A stretch of DNA of 57,002 bases from a virus (taxonomy: Duplodnaviria > Caudoviricetes). Below are positions 18,301-28,632 of this stretch, in pieces; position 1 is the first letter of the stretch; every line of letters begins with the position of its first letter. Below the pieces are notes generated by a model. The model was not told the DNA's origin. It worked only from the letters and a program-made list of their open reading frames with translations, and did not search any database. The DNA lies in IMG/VR virus record IMGVR_UViG_3300032193_000091, positions 1 to 57,002 of that record; one strand, 5' to 3'. The translations under genes and the position numbers were made by a program.

Positions 18301-20196
18301 GTTTGCACCATATTCAGGTGTAAATGTCATAGTAGCAGAGCCTGGCTCATTGCTATCATCGGACATTGTTAGTGTATTTGTAGCATAATCAATCTCAGTA
18401 ATTGTAGCTCCACCAAACAAATCTGCATTACCACCAGTTTGTGTCACTGACATTCCTGGGAAAAGACCAGTAGTGTCAGTTACTTGAATTTGATCCGCAC
18501 CTTGGGATGTAGAATATTCAATAGGAGTGTTTGATTCAGATGTAGTAGCAGCGTTTGACAACGTGATAGTTGTAGCATTCACGACGGTAATAGTCGTTCC
18601 TGGATCTACGCTAGTAGATCCTTGGATTTCCATTCCATCAATAAGTTGAGCTGTGCTTGCAACTGTAGCAGTTGTACTACCTTCAGTTAGAGTTGTTTCA
18701 ACTGTAATATTACCAAATACAGTACCTTGAACTCCAGTAGTTTCGTCTGGTAGAATTAGTGTATCCCCAGGTTGATATCCAGTTCCTTGAATACTGAAAC
18801 TGAATTCACTTACAATACCAGGAATAGTGGTAACAGTAAACTCAAACCCACTGCCACCTACGTTTCCTAAGTCTGCTTGGTCGATAGATAGGACATCATT
18901 TTGTAGATATCCAATACCATTTTCGTTTGTATCTACCGATGTAACAACACCAGTGTACGTTGTTGTAGCACCCAAAGTATATTCAAATCCAGTTCCATTT
19001 GGAAGATTCAATTCTAGAACATCATTTGGGTTGTAATCTTCACCAATGTTTATAACATTGATGGTAGTTACATTACCATTTGAATCTACAGTAGCATCAC
19101 AAAGTAGTCCATTGCCATGCTCTCCTACTGTACCAGTTTGAACTGTGATAGTTGCACCCATGCCAGCATGAGCGGAGCAATCATATTTGATATCTCCAAT
19201 AGGAGCTCCTGGTTTGATGATAAGATCAATGAATCCAGTTCCATTTTGGGTTAGGAATGATCCTGGATCAAGAGCAGTATCATTTGTGTTTCTAAAGATT
19301 AAAGGATGACCGTCGTTTGAAGAATCCGAAATATTAAATCTATATGTGTTTCCAGCTGTGAGAGTTAATGCCTGTTGAGTAGTACCATCAATTTGATAAA
19401 CATTTGCTGGAGGTGGACTACCAGGATTTGAAACAGTAGTTACTACAAAAGTTTGCTGTGGGGAGTTGAAGAATGCTACTCCATTATTAATTCCTTCAGA
19501 GTATCCGCTACCAGCATTAGTGATAGATCCATTATAATTAACTTCACCAGTTACAGTAACCGTAGCCGTTTCTCCGCTACCACTACTAGAAATATTTGTG
19601 AAAGGAACGTTAGTGTATGTTCCTGGATAATATCCGCTACCACCGTCAGTAATAGCACCATCAACACCCTTTACAGTGAAAGAGCAGACTGCTCCAGTGC
19701 CACTACCACCCTCTAGATACTGGTCGTTATAAGTACCAAAGTCATAACCAGAACCTTCAGATGTGATATTTCCATTATACTCACTGACAGTAATATTTGC
19801 AGTTAAGTTATTACCAATACCACCAGTAATTGGAATATTGCTATAATTTCCTGGGTCATAGTTAAGACCAGGACTTGTAATAACAAGTTCCCCAACAACG
19901 TTCTTTTGGGTGATGATATCTTTAAATGAAACAAACGCTTCTGGTGAAAGATTAGTAAGTTTCTTGCCTGCAGCAACAAATCCTAAAACGCTATTATCTA
20001 CTCTATAAAATCCTAGTTGATTATCCGAAGTAAACGACAGAGCTGGATTGTCAACTGATCCATCACCAAGTTTTAGGATACCTGTTTGTAGGTCACTACC
20101 ACCTGCGTTGATACTAAAGATCTGGTCTGAGATTTCATTAATCTTTACCCTCTGCTGCTCGAAGGTATCAGTTCTAGCGACGTTGATTGCTGGCAT
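15397..20196 (-). CDS. tail fibre / baseplate-associated structural protein (1599 aa) with two cupredoxin-like domains
   Basis: N-terminal TDTFEQQRVKIN fibre-type motif; GSGY repeats; H...CSAHAGM and H...CRSESEHENM motifs; duplicated RFNT...EGY...WxSLGGV.D.D module. Confidence 0.85.
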   Translation of the reverse strand: MPAINVARTDTFEQQRVKINEISDQIFSINAGGSDLQTGILKLGDGSVDNPALSFTSDNQLGFYRVDNSVLGFVAAGKKLTNLSPEAFVSFKDIITQKNVVGELVITSPGLNYDPGNYSNIPITGGIGNNLTANITVSEYNGNITSEGSGYDFGTYNDQYLEGGSGTGAVCSFTVKGVDGAITDGGSGYYPGTYTNVPFTNISSSGSGETATVTVTGEVNYNGSITNAGSGYSEGINNGVAFFNSPQQTFVVTTVSNPGSPPPANVYQIDGTTQQALTLTAGNTYRFNISDSSNDGHPLIFRNTNDTALDPGSFLTQNGTGFIDLIIKPGAPIGDIKYDCSAHAGMGATITVQTGTVGEHGNGLLCDATVDSNGNVTTINVINIGEDYNPNDVLELNLPNGTGFEYTLGATTTYTGVVTSVDTNENGIGYLQNDVLSIDQADLGNVGGSGFEFTVTTIPGIVSEFSFSIQGTGYQPGDTLILPDETTGVQGTVFGNITVETTLTEGSTTATVASTAQLIDGMEIQGSTSVDPGTTITVVNATTITLSNAATTSESNTPIEYSTSQGADQIQVTDTTGLFPGMSVTQTGGNADLFGGATITEIDYATNTLTMSDDSNEPGSATMTFTPEYGANPTTDFTYVVNDLGPITGLAINNPGNGYEQFDVLSVNPTNLVSPTTYMVRVVDIQKLTFTTAITSGTFSVGDRLTLDGDNIFEVVLVKESGGTFDYIVLEGSNFSTDGGQEITRVTDNSTFITDTVVESHRFVINNQFEPSITLDAGSSYVFDTSDSTNQSHEFALSKYPDGPYSPSRVTKIVNITTGSNQVTVDDTSSIAEGMVITVLGGQGVVNGTTVTSIVDGTTLEISQNALVTGETQLEFRGVEYTDGVTRDSNFVTINVTSSTPNPLYYYCRSESEHENMGGFDGDEVAITVNQGATRTYGSGATFVAATINTEDSIYADVETGTITLSILNATEINSTDYTGTNLVTSPFVEGSTYVKTPQVRDSGDGLSIQTINANFTGNINVTDKAVITGSTGNILSQGEIKVIDRFNSNDRLQIKNNIISTTSNDNVVVQPYSDRLLKVDASTGFVVPKGTDSQRPTLYAENGAIRFNTDSNQYEGYSDISGSGVWSSLGGVRDLDGNTYIKAEASPGANDNTLYYYNDDILAFRNTKDNVILDGAKTIQSSNTVGVSYSNWVANLAVFTGNYLRYRNNVYEVVLSGTTGTSGNPPVDVSGDDFTNGDATLKWIQLAVGEIVIDEVSQVRIGPFGDIPVVIGGDLRLKNNVISTDINDVVIQPLAGKKVKIDATTSIAVPVGDVNQRGSAIQGSLRFNTSASQFEGYDGANWGSLGGVKDVDQDTQIKAESSAGSDEDTLTFFNEGILTLTLNKNQLSFENIDVVRSVVSDEFELTASLLTLDNAATTLDNTTADTTFLHTSKQYFKIGLSGGINVDPVLTLSNDGDLFYNTSFGTGTPSNIKLFDADLKTFETTDLRVKTEDAVLTKGTVDTAVFNIYETASNKGAKIVLIAENTNDNEKEFIEFGVTDDGADVFFTEYGNIQTNGALFTPVFELTAGVVRLNITVGATVGNTQTVNLTIVSHITKK

Positions 20197-20389
20197 TTTC
20201 GATTAACTCTCGCAGTAAAGACTTGATTTCAGAAACTTCGTTCTTCAACATATTTATGTCTTCCAACGCGGAAGTTAGTGATTTTGATTTACGTCTCGCT
20301 TCAATGGCAGATTCGTCCAAATTAATGATGGCACCAGTGTTTTGGTCTCTTACGAGACCATTGTGCCCTGAGACTTTGATATAATCCAT
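20174..20389 (-). CDS. conserved cyanophage small protein
   Basis: IKVSGHNGLVRDQNTGAIIN...LKNEVSEIKSLL; directly follows the VrlC-like gene. Confidence 0.8.
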   Translation of the reverse strand: MDYIKVSGHNGLVRDQNTGAIINLDESAIEARRKSKSLTSALEDINMLKNEVSEIKSLLRELIENASNQRR

Positions 20390-20397
20390 ACGCGGAA

Positions 20398-23300
20398 TTA
20401 GAATGCAGCGACTGCTCTGATATCTTGAATCTTAGGAATGTATGCTGGATCTACACCCTTCATAACAATCTTAATAGCAAAGGATGAGAATTCTGGTAAA
20501 TTCTCTACGCTATACTTAAGATCTTGGTATGATGATTGCTTCTCGACAATACTAGAAATGCTATTGTCTGCTGTAGCAATTTCAAAGTTATCTGGTTCAC
20601 CAGACTCATTGAAGTAGAACCATTCAGAATCCCCAAAGTTCTCTTGACTAGATGCTCTCTTGTACTTATAAAGAACTTCGATATTGGAAATATCTGTAGT
20701 ATTTGCTAGGATGTGTACGTTAATTGCAGTAGCAGGACTTGCAATGTAAACTTCCTTAGTTACATACTTAGCAACAGAAGAACTATTCTTTGTAGAATCT
20801 TCAGAAACAAAGTCAATACCATCGGTATATGATACTCTAGAAACCTCTACCAAGAATGCTTCATCCTCAGGTTGAGTCGCATATGAGATAATATCTCCTA
20901 CGCGGAAAATATCAGGTTGCTGATCTGCAATGATATTGTTTCTGGTGTATAGATTCGCATCAACAATCTTAGCATTATAGTCGTCATTGATTGGTTGTGC
21001 GTCAACTCTTAGAGTCAGTTTTCTTTCTGCTCTATTCCAGATGATAGATCTTCCAGTAATCTTATTATCATATGTTTCAGTGATCTTAGATTCAACTGGA
21101 TTTCTAGCAGTAATAGTAATATCTTCACCTGCTGGTGATTGTGTAGAACTATTGATGATAGGTGTTACTAGAAGTGGGATAGAACCAACCGCACATGATC
21201 CAGTGAAGTCAGTATTGTTTGTAAACTGAGTAAACTCTAGAGGTTCATTTAGAGCAAATCCTTGCTTAGTTCTTACCTTGATCCAAACGTTATTACCTTC
21301 CACCTTAGCGACAGATCCTGTCGCTTGAGAAGTAGAACCCTTGACACTCTGGTTGTTGAAGATGCTTGGGGTCTCTTGACCTTCTGGGGTTGTGATGGCA
21401 ACAGTGAACTTATATACTGGATAGAATTCTAGAACCTGATCTCTTCTACCATATCTGTCTTCTTGACCTTCTGCATTTTCAATTCTGTTACTTACAGTCT
21501 TAACAGTACAGGATGAAAGATCAACAACTGGCGACAGATATGAACGATCTGAACTTAACGCCATCTTATAGGTTAATGACCTATCAATGTTGTTAAGAGT
21601 TTCATTGATATCAGAAGCAATAAACTTCTGGTTATCAAAGTAATGTGGTTCGTTGAGGAATGTTCTCTCAAACTCGGTTTGTGAATATGAAGTATAGTTA
21701 GTTGTTGAAGAATCAACAGGTACAACATTAGTTGTTTTTACTTCGGTATTGAGTGTGGTGCCAGTTACGGTTAGGTATTGTACTTGTGGATATAGAACTT
21801 CGTACTTTCTATTGTAAGTAGCGTACATGTTTGATCCTCCGCCAACTGCTGTCTTAGATGCAGACAGTGGAGATGCAATAGTATAATTATCGATACCAGA
21901 GTTGGTAACTTGATACAAGTTAGTGTTAAGCACCTCAGATGTTACGCCACCGACACTTTCACTTCCACGGAAGAAGACATATGAATGTCCCATTCCCTCA
22001 TATCCATTATCTCTATGATGTACTTTGAGAACTCTGTTATTATTCTTAAACAGAGTTGAAGTAGCAATAGAAGATGCAGTAGCATTGGTTTCAATAGAGT
22101 CTACTGACAGTGGTTCAAATCCAAGAGACTCGTTCTTGATTAGTAGTTCCGAAGGTCTGCTGATATCAAATTCTGCTCTGTATAGAGTGAACTTAATATC
22201 TTCAAAGTTATCTTCAGTCCAACTTTCAGTATTCTGTGACTTATAAACAGAACCCAAAGATGGTTGAGTGGTGATAACTGTACTGGTAGACAGATCTGTT
22301 TCACCTAGTCTAGAAGCCCACATCATATACTCATTTGAGTCGGTCTCGACTACCAGAGCATACTCAGTATCATTAGCAAGATATACAGGATAATCAAACT
22401 TGAAGTTGGTTGGAGTAGTGGACTCTGTGAGACCAACGAAATCGCTTGCTACACCCATTGTAACTGCGGGAGTATCAATATCAATCAATGTCTCTACTTC
22501 GCACCCTCCAGCGCCATTACCGATGCCTCTGATAACAACAGCAGGTGCTTCGGTGTATCCAAAACCAGGAATAGAAACTTCGGTGTTGTAGATCTTACCG
22601 CCCGATACATTTACTGTTGCTGTTGCAACAGATCCACCAGGAAGTTGAGGACTCTCGATGGTAAATACCGCACTATCATAGTTTTGACCTGGGTTTAGAA
22701 TTCTAATCTCGGATAGTTTTCCACTGTCCTTAGCAATTGTAAGAACTAGATTAGTACCACCTGTGTCATTAGCAAGAGTTACTGATGGGATAGTAAGTTG
22801 CTCGTTTGGCAAGAATGAACGACCGTTATGATTTTCTAGGACTAGAGTATAAACTTGTTCGTTAGTGAGAGAGAAGATACCATTGGAAGACGGTACTAAA
22901 TCAACACCATTCTTATCAACAATCTTTAAGATTGGACCAGAAGCAGCAGAACTGTTTCCAACAACATATTCTCCTTTTGTAACTAAGACATTGCCATTAG
23001 CATATACTTTCAGATATGTTTCTGGAGTAAGAACTCTTTCAGTTCCTGGAACAATGTTTTTGCCTGGTTTCTCAAAGTCTACGTTAGTAATATAAGTCTT
23101 GATTGGAATAGAAGAACTCTTCTTATTGAAGTATAGATCTACACCAGTAACAAACACACCACCATCATAGTTCTCGACTTTGAAAGTTTGTGCTAATGGG
23201 TTAGGTCTAATTGGATTATCAGTGTTGCTATCAACAAACTGAACGCCTTCGTTAGACTTAAAGTATGATGGTTTTGTTGAAATAATGCTGACAGGATTTT

Positions 23301-26300
23301 CTGGTAGAATACCTGTTGCATAATACTTGACTTCTGCGTATGTATCTACAGTAGACTTGTCGGCATCAACATCACTCGATGTAAATCTGAGTGTTAGAAC
23401 TCCAGTAGTAAATCGGATTTCTTCTGATGATTCATCATAATCTAGGGTTGATACATCACCACTCCATGTAGCATTTTTAGCAGGTGGTTTACCACCAGGG
23501 ATCAGAATAATACCACTAGCATTACCATTTGAATCTGTTACAACCTCACCATTAAATGCTGATAGTGAGTTGCCAGCAATACCACTATACCTCAGATCGG
23601 GATTAACCCAACGGTTGATATTTCTGCCTTCTAGGAATACATTGATCTTGGTATTTGGTTTTAGTCTTCTAATTACAAACTTAACCTCTTGTGATCTAGC
23701 AAAGAATTGAAGTGCTGTTCCAACAGAGTTTTCTCCAACAGACTTACTTTGAACTCCCTTAGCAAGTTCATTGTTCTGTGGTGCAATGTTAGAAGAACTT
23801 CCTACTGATGCTGCCTGAACTTCTGCAGAAGAACTGCTGCTGTTTAGTTCTCCAAGAGAATTAATTGCAGTGAAAGAAGGTGCTGTTCCAACCCAGTTTA
23901 CAATAAATGAATTGTATAGACTTGAGAAACTCTCCTTGACATCATCTTTTGCTAGGAAAATATTGTAGATACTAGTATTGGTATCTACAACCAGTGGAGC
24001 AACTGTCTGATCGTACCATTGATCGATAGCAGGAGAAATATCTCCATCACCAACATATTGGACGACTACAAAAGGATTTGGATTGATAGTCTTAGAAGCG
24101 AAATCGTTACCCAGCAATGAAAGTTCGCTATAAGGTAGAGTTACAATTCCATTTGTATTTGTATAACCAGATACTACTCTCTGGTCTTCTCTGGTATTGA
24201 CTTCTACCAACTTAACAGAATCTTCTTTAGACTGTGGTCTTAGGACTGACTGTCTGCTGTCAATCGAGCAGAGATAATCCTGAGAAGTTAGAGCACCAAC
24301 ACCATGAGTTTCGAAGTTATCAACAAAGAATCCAGACTTAAATCTGTCTAGACCGATTTCATCTTTAACTTGCATGTTGAGAGCTTGTTGCTCTAGGATG
24401 CTTAGAGTGGTATAATACTCAAGACGCTCAATACGCTTCTCTAGTTTACCGATGTCACGCATCGTGTAACGACGGTTGTCAACTGGAGTAATTCTTACAT
24501 CCTTTGTTGTCTTTGTAAAAGCAGGAATGTAGAGATAGAAGAGAGGAACTGCATCCTTGACAGGATCTGGTTTTGATGGATTGAGTGAAGAGTTTCCTTC
24601 CTTGACGATAAACTCCCCGTTCTTATTGAGGAAAATACCATCCATACGATCTAGGTACTGCTTCTGACTAAACTTAAACGTATATTCAAGGGTAGTATCT
24701 GGTGCTGGTGTAGCAGCAAATACAGAACCAATACCAGAGAAGTTACTTGAAGTTACTTCCAGAGATGCAGTATCTTGGAAACCAGCAAGAATGGTTTGAC
24801 TATTAACTTTAGGTCTAAAGTCAATAAGGTTTTTCAATTCTACTGTACCGAGAACTGATGATTCAAATGTTGGAATTTCTCCTTCTAAAACACCTGCTTC
24901 ATGTAGATATGAATCAATAGTACAGAAATCACCTTGTGAATGCTCGAAGTAATCAAATGCAATGACGATCTGACCTGCAGGAGATTCTGCTCCTGGTTTT
25001 AGATTAATTCTAGAAACGTCATATAGAGTATCTCTTTGACCGTTATCAAATGTAAATCTGCTGGTAATATCGGAACCAGAAACTAGATTACCTGCGCTAT
25101 CAATCTCTGGTGGAGCAGTTGTAGTTCCTTCGTAGACATACAGTAGTCTAAATGCATCAGAATATGATAGAATTTCTACTGCATCACTATCGTAGTCAGT
25201 TCCTCTGAATGGGATTACTCTATCACCAGCAGAATCTACAACAATTCTCTTATTTCTTACTGCAGTTTTGAGTCTTGGTTTTGCATTAGTGACTTCAATA
25301 GTTGCAGTCAACTTAAGAATAGGAGCTGTATATGTTTGCAACTCTTCTTCTGTTAGTGCTCCTGAGTTGAAATAATTTGTTGGTAGATTGAATGAAATGC
25401 TACCAGAAGTCAATCCACTGGAAGTATCTGTAGAAGATCTAATCTCAACTAGATCGGGATCGATGTATACGATATCACCTTCTGAAACTAGGTCTGCATC
25501 ATTCTGTTTAAGAACAGTTACAATGTAGTTGTTCTCATTGAAAGCAGTAAATCTCTGCGTACCGAATGGTAACTGTGCTGCAAATGTAATAAGACCACCA
25601 CCAGCAGAACCAGATGTTACAAAATCTCTTCTGAAGTTGTATACAATCTTTGTATCTTCTGGACTATTTACAATCTTAGAGATCGACCTACTACCAGTTG
25701 GGAATAGTAATGTTCCTCCGTTTGGATTTCCTAGTTTAGGACGGAATCTTACAACACTGGTTGCATCAACGTCACGATATAGTGTTTCGTCAATGTAGAT
25801 TCTTGACTTGGCAGATCCTTTCTGTTCTGTAGCATATTGAACGATTGCTCTAACTACATTATTTTCGGAATCTGAGAATTGAATCAGATCACCTTGCTGT
25901 AGAATAGAAGCTGCATTTGCACTGAAACTGGTAGACTCTAGGAACTTCGATCCCATCTTACCAAAGAATGTGAATGCAGTGACATCATATAGTTCACCAT
26001 ATTCTCTATCATCAATTAGAACATCTGCAGTGAAGTTATTAACACCACCAGATCCATAATTAGCACCAAGTGATTTTACATTATTTGGAGTGTAAGTGAC
26101 AACAGTATTCTTGTGTAGTACAGTATCCAGAACACATGCAGTCGTGATAGTTCCAGATGAAGTTGGAACTACTAGAGGTGGTTTTGTGTATACTGTGCTT
26201 ACTGCTGAGCGATCAAGAATATCAATTCTATAAATGGACTCTCCTACCTGACCGAAAGTAATTTGGGTCTCATCAAACTCAACACCATCAATTCTTAGTT

Positions 26301-28584
26301 TGGGATCGCTGTATCCAGCACCTCTTTCACTAACAATGAAGTGAGAAATAGTACCTTCTGTAGCAATCTTTGTTAGAACGCCATCCTCATCTTTTAGTGT
26401 TTCTCCTGGGAAGAATCTTCCTGAGATTGTTTTAACAAATAGTCTTCTTCCAAATGAATAGTTACCTGCTGCTGGACCTTCGATAACGCCATATGCACCA
26501 CTAGTCAATCCAAAGATATACTTACCAATACCATAAGATCCATCTGCTGGTTCTGTTTCTAATGTAATCTGTGTAAAGAACTGTGGGTCAAAGTATGACA
26601 CTCCAAAGATTGCATTGTATGCTTTAGATCCATCAGCAAGATTGCCCTGTGAAATAATCTTATCTAAATCACTATTGAATCCAGTTCCTCTATTTTTGAG
26701 GTAGAAGTTGCTTGGTTTTACTGTACCAATTACTGGAGTGATAGTATTACTATAATCGACAACTCTACCATAAGTAACAGAACCACTATCTTCCTTCTCG
26801 TCGCCTAGGGCATCTGCTTGAGTTAAGAATACTTTTCTATACTTTTCACCTGAACTCTCGTCATACTCAAGGAATGTTCTTTCCAAGTCTGCCTTGTTAC
26901 CGATGACAGTAACTTCTAGATATTGAGCTGAGAGATCATCGAGGTTATCATTCAACGCTGGTTTGAATACCTTTGTAAAAGATACAACATCAACATAGTC
27001 AACAACGTTAGTTCCTGCTCTACTTCTTACATACCAGAGTTTTGCAAAGTAGTTTGCACTCGCTGGATTTGTAAGATCGGATGGAACAACACCTGCAATA
27101 GGTAGATTGTCGTTGACAGTTTTGATCGTTAAAGTTTTAATCGCTTTATTTGGATCTACAAAACTACCTCTACGTGCTACTGAGGTTCTGTAATTTCCGT
27201 CTTCCTCGTTTCCATTAGTACCAATGTATCCATCATTATACACTGATGACAGATAAACTGTTGGATATGCGGTTAGTTCCGATCCTTCTTGGTTTAATGG
27301 AACACTACCAAAAACATTGGTAATAGTATAAGTTGGAAGACCTTTTGTCTTAAGTGTTACGTTATCAGTGCTAAGACTTTCTCTTGCCTTATTAACTTCG
27401 AGATACTTAGTCTCTTTGTTTACAATTTCGAAACCTCTGATATATGCTTTACCAGGACCAACGCTAGCGATCATCTTTCTAGATGCATCAGTAGACTCTA
27501 GTCCATTGTAAAGACCAAATTCATCAGCAGCGTAAATGCCATTGTTGCCATCTTGCTGGATGTAGTCTCGTACATCTACAGTGAAGTTGTCAACAACATA
27601 GTCACCACTTTCATCATATGTTCTTCTTGCAAGTGTCTGCTCGATGATGCTATAATCAGCAGCAGTTACTTTTCTTAGAATACTTCCTCTCTTTACAGTA
27701 ATCAACTGGATAAAGTTTTTATCCGTGATTGCATCTAGAGCAAACTCTTTTAATTGAAGAGAAATCTTTAATCTATGCGCTCCAGGTGCTGTGTAGTTTG
27801 AACTACCGATAGCATTATCATATAGAGAAGAATCTTCTTCTGGTGTTACAATCTCTTCTTTGATTGTAAATCCAACTTTTGCGGACGGTTTGTCGTAGTA
27901 TTCGTCGATAACGAGGAGATCTTCATCATTACGGACAAAGAATCCATTGACAAAATAGATGCCTTCTTCTACTTTAACACCAGAAGCAAATCCCATAGCG
28001 GGGCTACTGACATTAACTACATCTTTGGTGTCAGGATCTATGACTTCGATACTAGTTGGTAGAACACTACCATCTGTTCCTACAACCATTAGTGGTGTAT
28101 TGACACCATCGATGACTTCTAGAGTCTCACCTTGTCTAAAAGTAGACTCAGCGTTGGAGTTGCCACTGTTAACATAGTTAACATAAAGTGTATCAGCGGA
28201 AGTTTCTGTTGCCAGATTTGTTGCTAGTACGTTACCGATAACACCAGATGTTAGTCCACGAACCTGTAATCCTTTTAATTGAGTGATATCATACTTTTTG
28301 TATACGATATCATCACCCTCTGAAACTGCTACTTCAGATACAGAAGATAATTTTACATAATCTAATTTTGTATTAAGACCTACCTCACCAGGAATAACCA
28401 ATTCTCCCTGCTTAAATGCATATCTACCAAAGGACTCAATCTGGTTCTGAAGCAGAGATTGAATCTGAGAAAGTTCTCTACCTTGAATAGAGTATCCAGG
28501 ACGGAATAGAATCTTATAAAAATTCTTATTTGCGTCGAAGTCCTCGTAATAAGGATTTACATTAAGGTTAGTCTTTTGTGGCAT
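20398..28584 (-). CDS. VrlC-like (DUF4815-type) virion structural protein
   Basis: N-terminal NLNVNPYYEDFD...ILFRPG...QGRELSQIQS; ARRTYDESGDY; RIERLEYYTTLS; RFKSGFFVDNF; PLAQTF; C-terminal FAIKIVM...PKIQDIRAVA. Confidence 0.88.
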   Translation of the reverse strand: MPQKTNLNVNPYYEDFDANKNFYKILFRPGYSIQGRELSQIQSLLQNQIESFGRYAFKQGELVIPGEVGLNTKLDYVKLSSVSEVAVSEGDDIVYKKYDITQLKGLQVRGLTSGVIGNVLATNLATETSADTLYVNYVNSGNSNAESTFRQGETLEVIDGVNTPLMVVGTDGSVLPTSIEVIDPDTKDVVNVSSPAMGFASGVKVEEGIYFVNGFFVRNDEDLLVIDEYYDKPSAKVGFTIKEEIVTPEEDSSLYDNAIGSSNYTAPGAHRLKISLQLKEFALDAITDKNFIQLITVKRGSILRKVTAADYSIIEQTLARRTYDESGDYVVDNFTVDVRDYIQQDGNNGIYAADEFGLYNGLESTDASRKMIASVGPGKAYIRGFEIVNKETKYLEVNKARESLSTDNVTLKTKGLPTYTITNVFGSVPLNQEGSELTAYPTVYLSSVYNDGYIGTNGNEEDGNYRTSVARRGSFVDPNKAIKTLTIKTVNDNLPIAGVVPSDLTNPASANYFAKLWYVRSRAGTNVVDYVDVVSFTKVFKPALNDNLDDLSAQYLEVTVIGNKADLERTFLEYDESSGEKYRKVFLTQADALGDEKEDSGSVTYGRVVDYSNTITPVIGTVKPSNFYLKNRGTGFNSDLDKIISQGNLADGSKAYNAIFGVSYFDPQFFTQITLETEPADGSYGIGKYIFGLTSGAYGVIEGPAAGNYSFGRRLFVKTISGRFFPGETLKDEDGVLTKIATEGTISHFIVSERGAGYSDPKLRIDGVEFDETQITFGQVGESIYRIDILDRSAVSTVYTKPPLVVPTSSGTITTACVLDTVLHKNTVVTYTPNNVKSLGANYGSGGVNNFTADVLIDDREYGELYDVTAFTFFGKMGSKFLESTSFSANAASILQQGDLIQFSDSENNVVRAIVQYATEQKGSAKSRIYIDETLYRDVDATSVVRFRPKLGNPNGGTLLFPTGSRSISKIVNSPEDTKIVYNFRRDFVTSGSAGGGLITFAAQLPFGTQRFTAFNENNYIVTVLKQNDADLVSEGDIVYIDPDLVEIRSSTDTSSGLTSGSISFNLPTNYFNSGALTEEELQTYTAPILKLTATIEVTNAKPRLKTAVRNKRIVVDSAGDRVIPFRGTDYDSDAVEILSYSDAFRLLYVYEGTTTAPPEIDSAGNLVSGSDITSRFTFDNGQRDTLYDVSRINLKPGAESPAGQIVIAFDYFEHSQGDFCTIDSYLHEAGVLEGEIPTFESSVLGTVELKNLIDFRPKVNSQTILAGFQDTASLEVTSSNFSGIGSVFAATPAPDTTLEYTFKFSQKQYLDRMDGIFLNKNGEFIVKEGNSSLNPSKPDPVKDAVPLFYLYIPAFTKTTKDVRITPVDNRRYTMRDIGKLEKRIERLEYYTTLSILEQQALNMQVKDEIGLDRFKSGFFVDNFETHGVGALTSQDYLCSIDSRQSVLRPQSKEDSVKLVEVNTREDQRVVSGYTNTNGIVTLPYSELSLLGNDFASKTINPNPFVVVQYVGDGDISPAIDQWYDQTVAPLVVDTNTSIYNIFLAKDDVKESFSSLYNSFIVNWVGTAPSFTAINSLGELNSSSSSAEVQAASVGSSSNIAPQNNELAKGVQSKSVGENSVGTALQFFARSQEVKFVIRRLKPNTKINVFLEGRNINRWVNPDLRYSGIAGNSLSAFNGEVVTDSNGNASGIILIPGGKPPAKNATWSGDVSTLDYDESSEEIRFTTGVLTLRFTSSDVDADKSTVDTYAEVKYYATGILPENPVSIISTKPSYFKSNEGVQFVDSNTDNPIRPNPLAQTFKVENYDGGVFVTGVDLYFNKKSSSIPIKTYITNVDFEKPGKNIVPGTERVLTPETYLKVYANGNVLVTKGEYVVGNSSAASGPILKIVDKNGVDLVPSSNGIFSLTNEQVYTLVLENHNGRSFLPNEQLTIPSVTLANDTGGTNLVLTIAKDSGKLSEIRILNPGQNYDSAVFTIESPQLPGGSVATATVNVSGGKIYNTEVSIPGFGYTEAPAVVIRGIGNGAGGCEVETLIDIDTPAVTMGVASDFVGLTESTTPTNFKFDYPVYLANDTEYALVVETDSNEYMMWASRLGETDLSTSTVITTQPSLGSVYKSQNTESWTEDNFEDIKFTLYRAEFDISRPSELLIKNESLGFEPLSVDSIETNATASSIATSTLFKNNNRVLKVHHRDNGYEGMGHSYVFFRGSESVGGVTSEVLNTNLYQVTNSGIDNYTIASPLSASKTAVGGGSNMYATYNRKYEVLYPQVQYLTVTGTTLNTEVKTTNVVPVDSSTTNYTSYSQTEFERTFLNEPHYFDNQKFIASDINETLNNIDRSLTYKMALSSDRSYLSPVVDLSSCTVKTVSNRIENAEGQEDRYGRRDQVLEFYPVYKFTVAITTPEGQETPSIFNNQSVKGSTSQATGSVAKVEGNNVWIKVRTKQGFALNEPLEFTQFTNNTDFTGSCAVGSIPLLVTPIINSSTQSPAGEDITITARNPVESKITETYDNKITGRSIIWNRAERKLTLRVDAQPINDDYNAKIVDANLYTRNNIIADQQPDIFRVGDIISYATQPEDEAFLVEVSRVSYTDGIDFVSEDSTKNSSSVAKYVTKEVYIASPATAINVHILANTTDISNIEVLYKYKRASSQENFGDSEWFYFNESGEPDNFEIATADNSISSIVEKQSSYQDLKYSVENLPEFSSFAIKIVMKGVDPAYIPKIQDIRAVAAF

Positions 28585-28618
28585 TGTACTCCGCCAAATA
28601 CTAGCATCTTGTCCCTAG

Positions 28619-28625
28619 TATTTAG
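28619..28625 (-). promoter_or_regulatory. late promoter CTAAATA
   Basis: Lies between the gp8 terminator and the ATG of the VrlC-like gene. Confidence 0.6.
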
Positions 28626-28632
28626 TAGAGAT

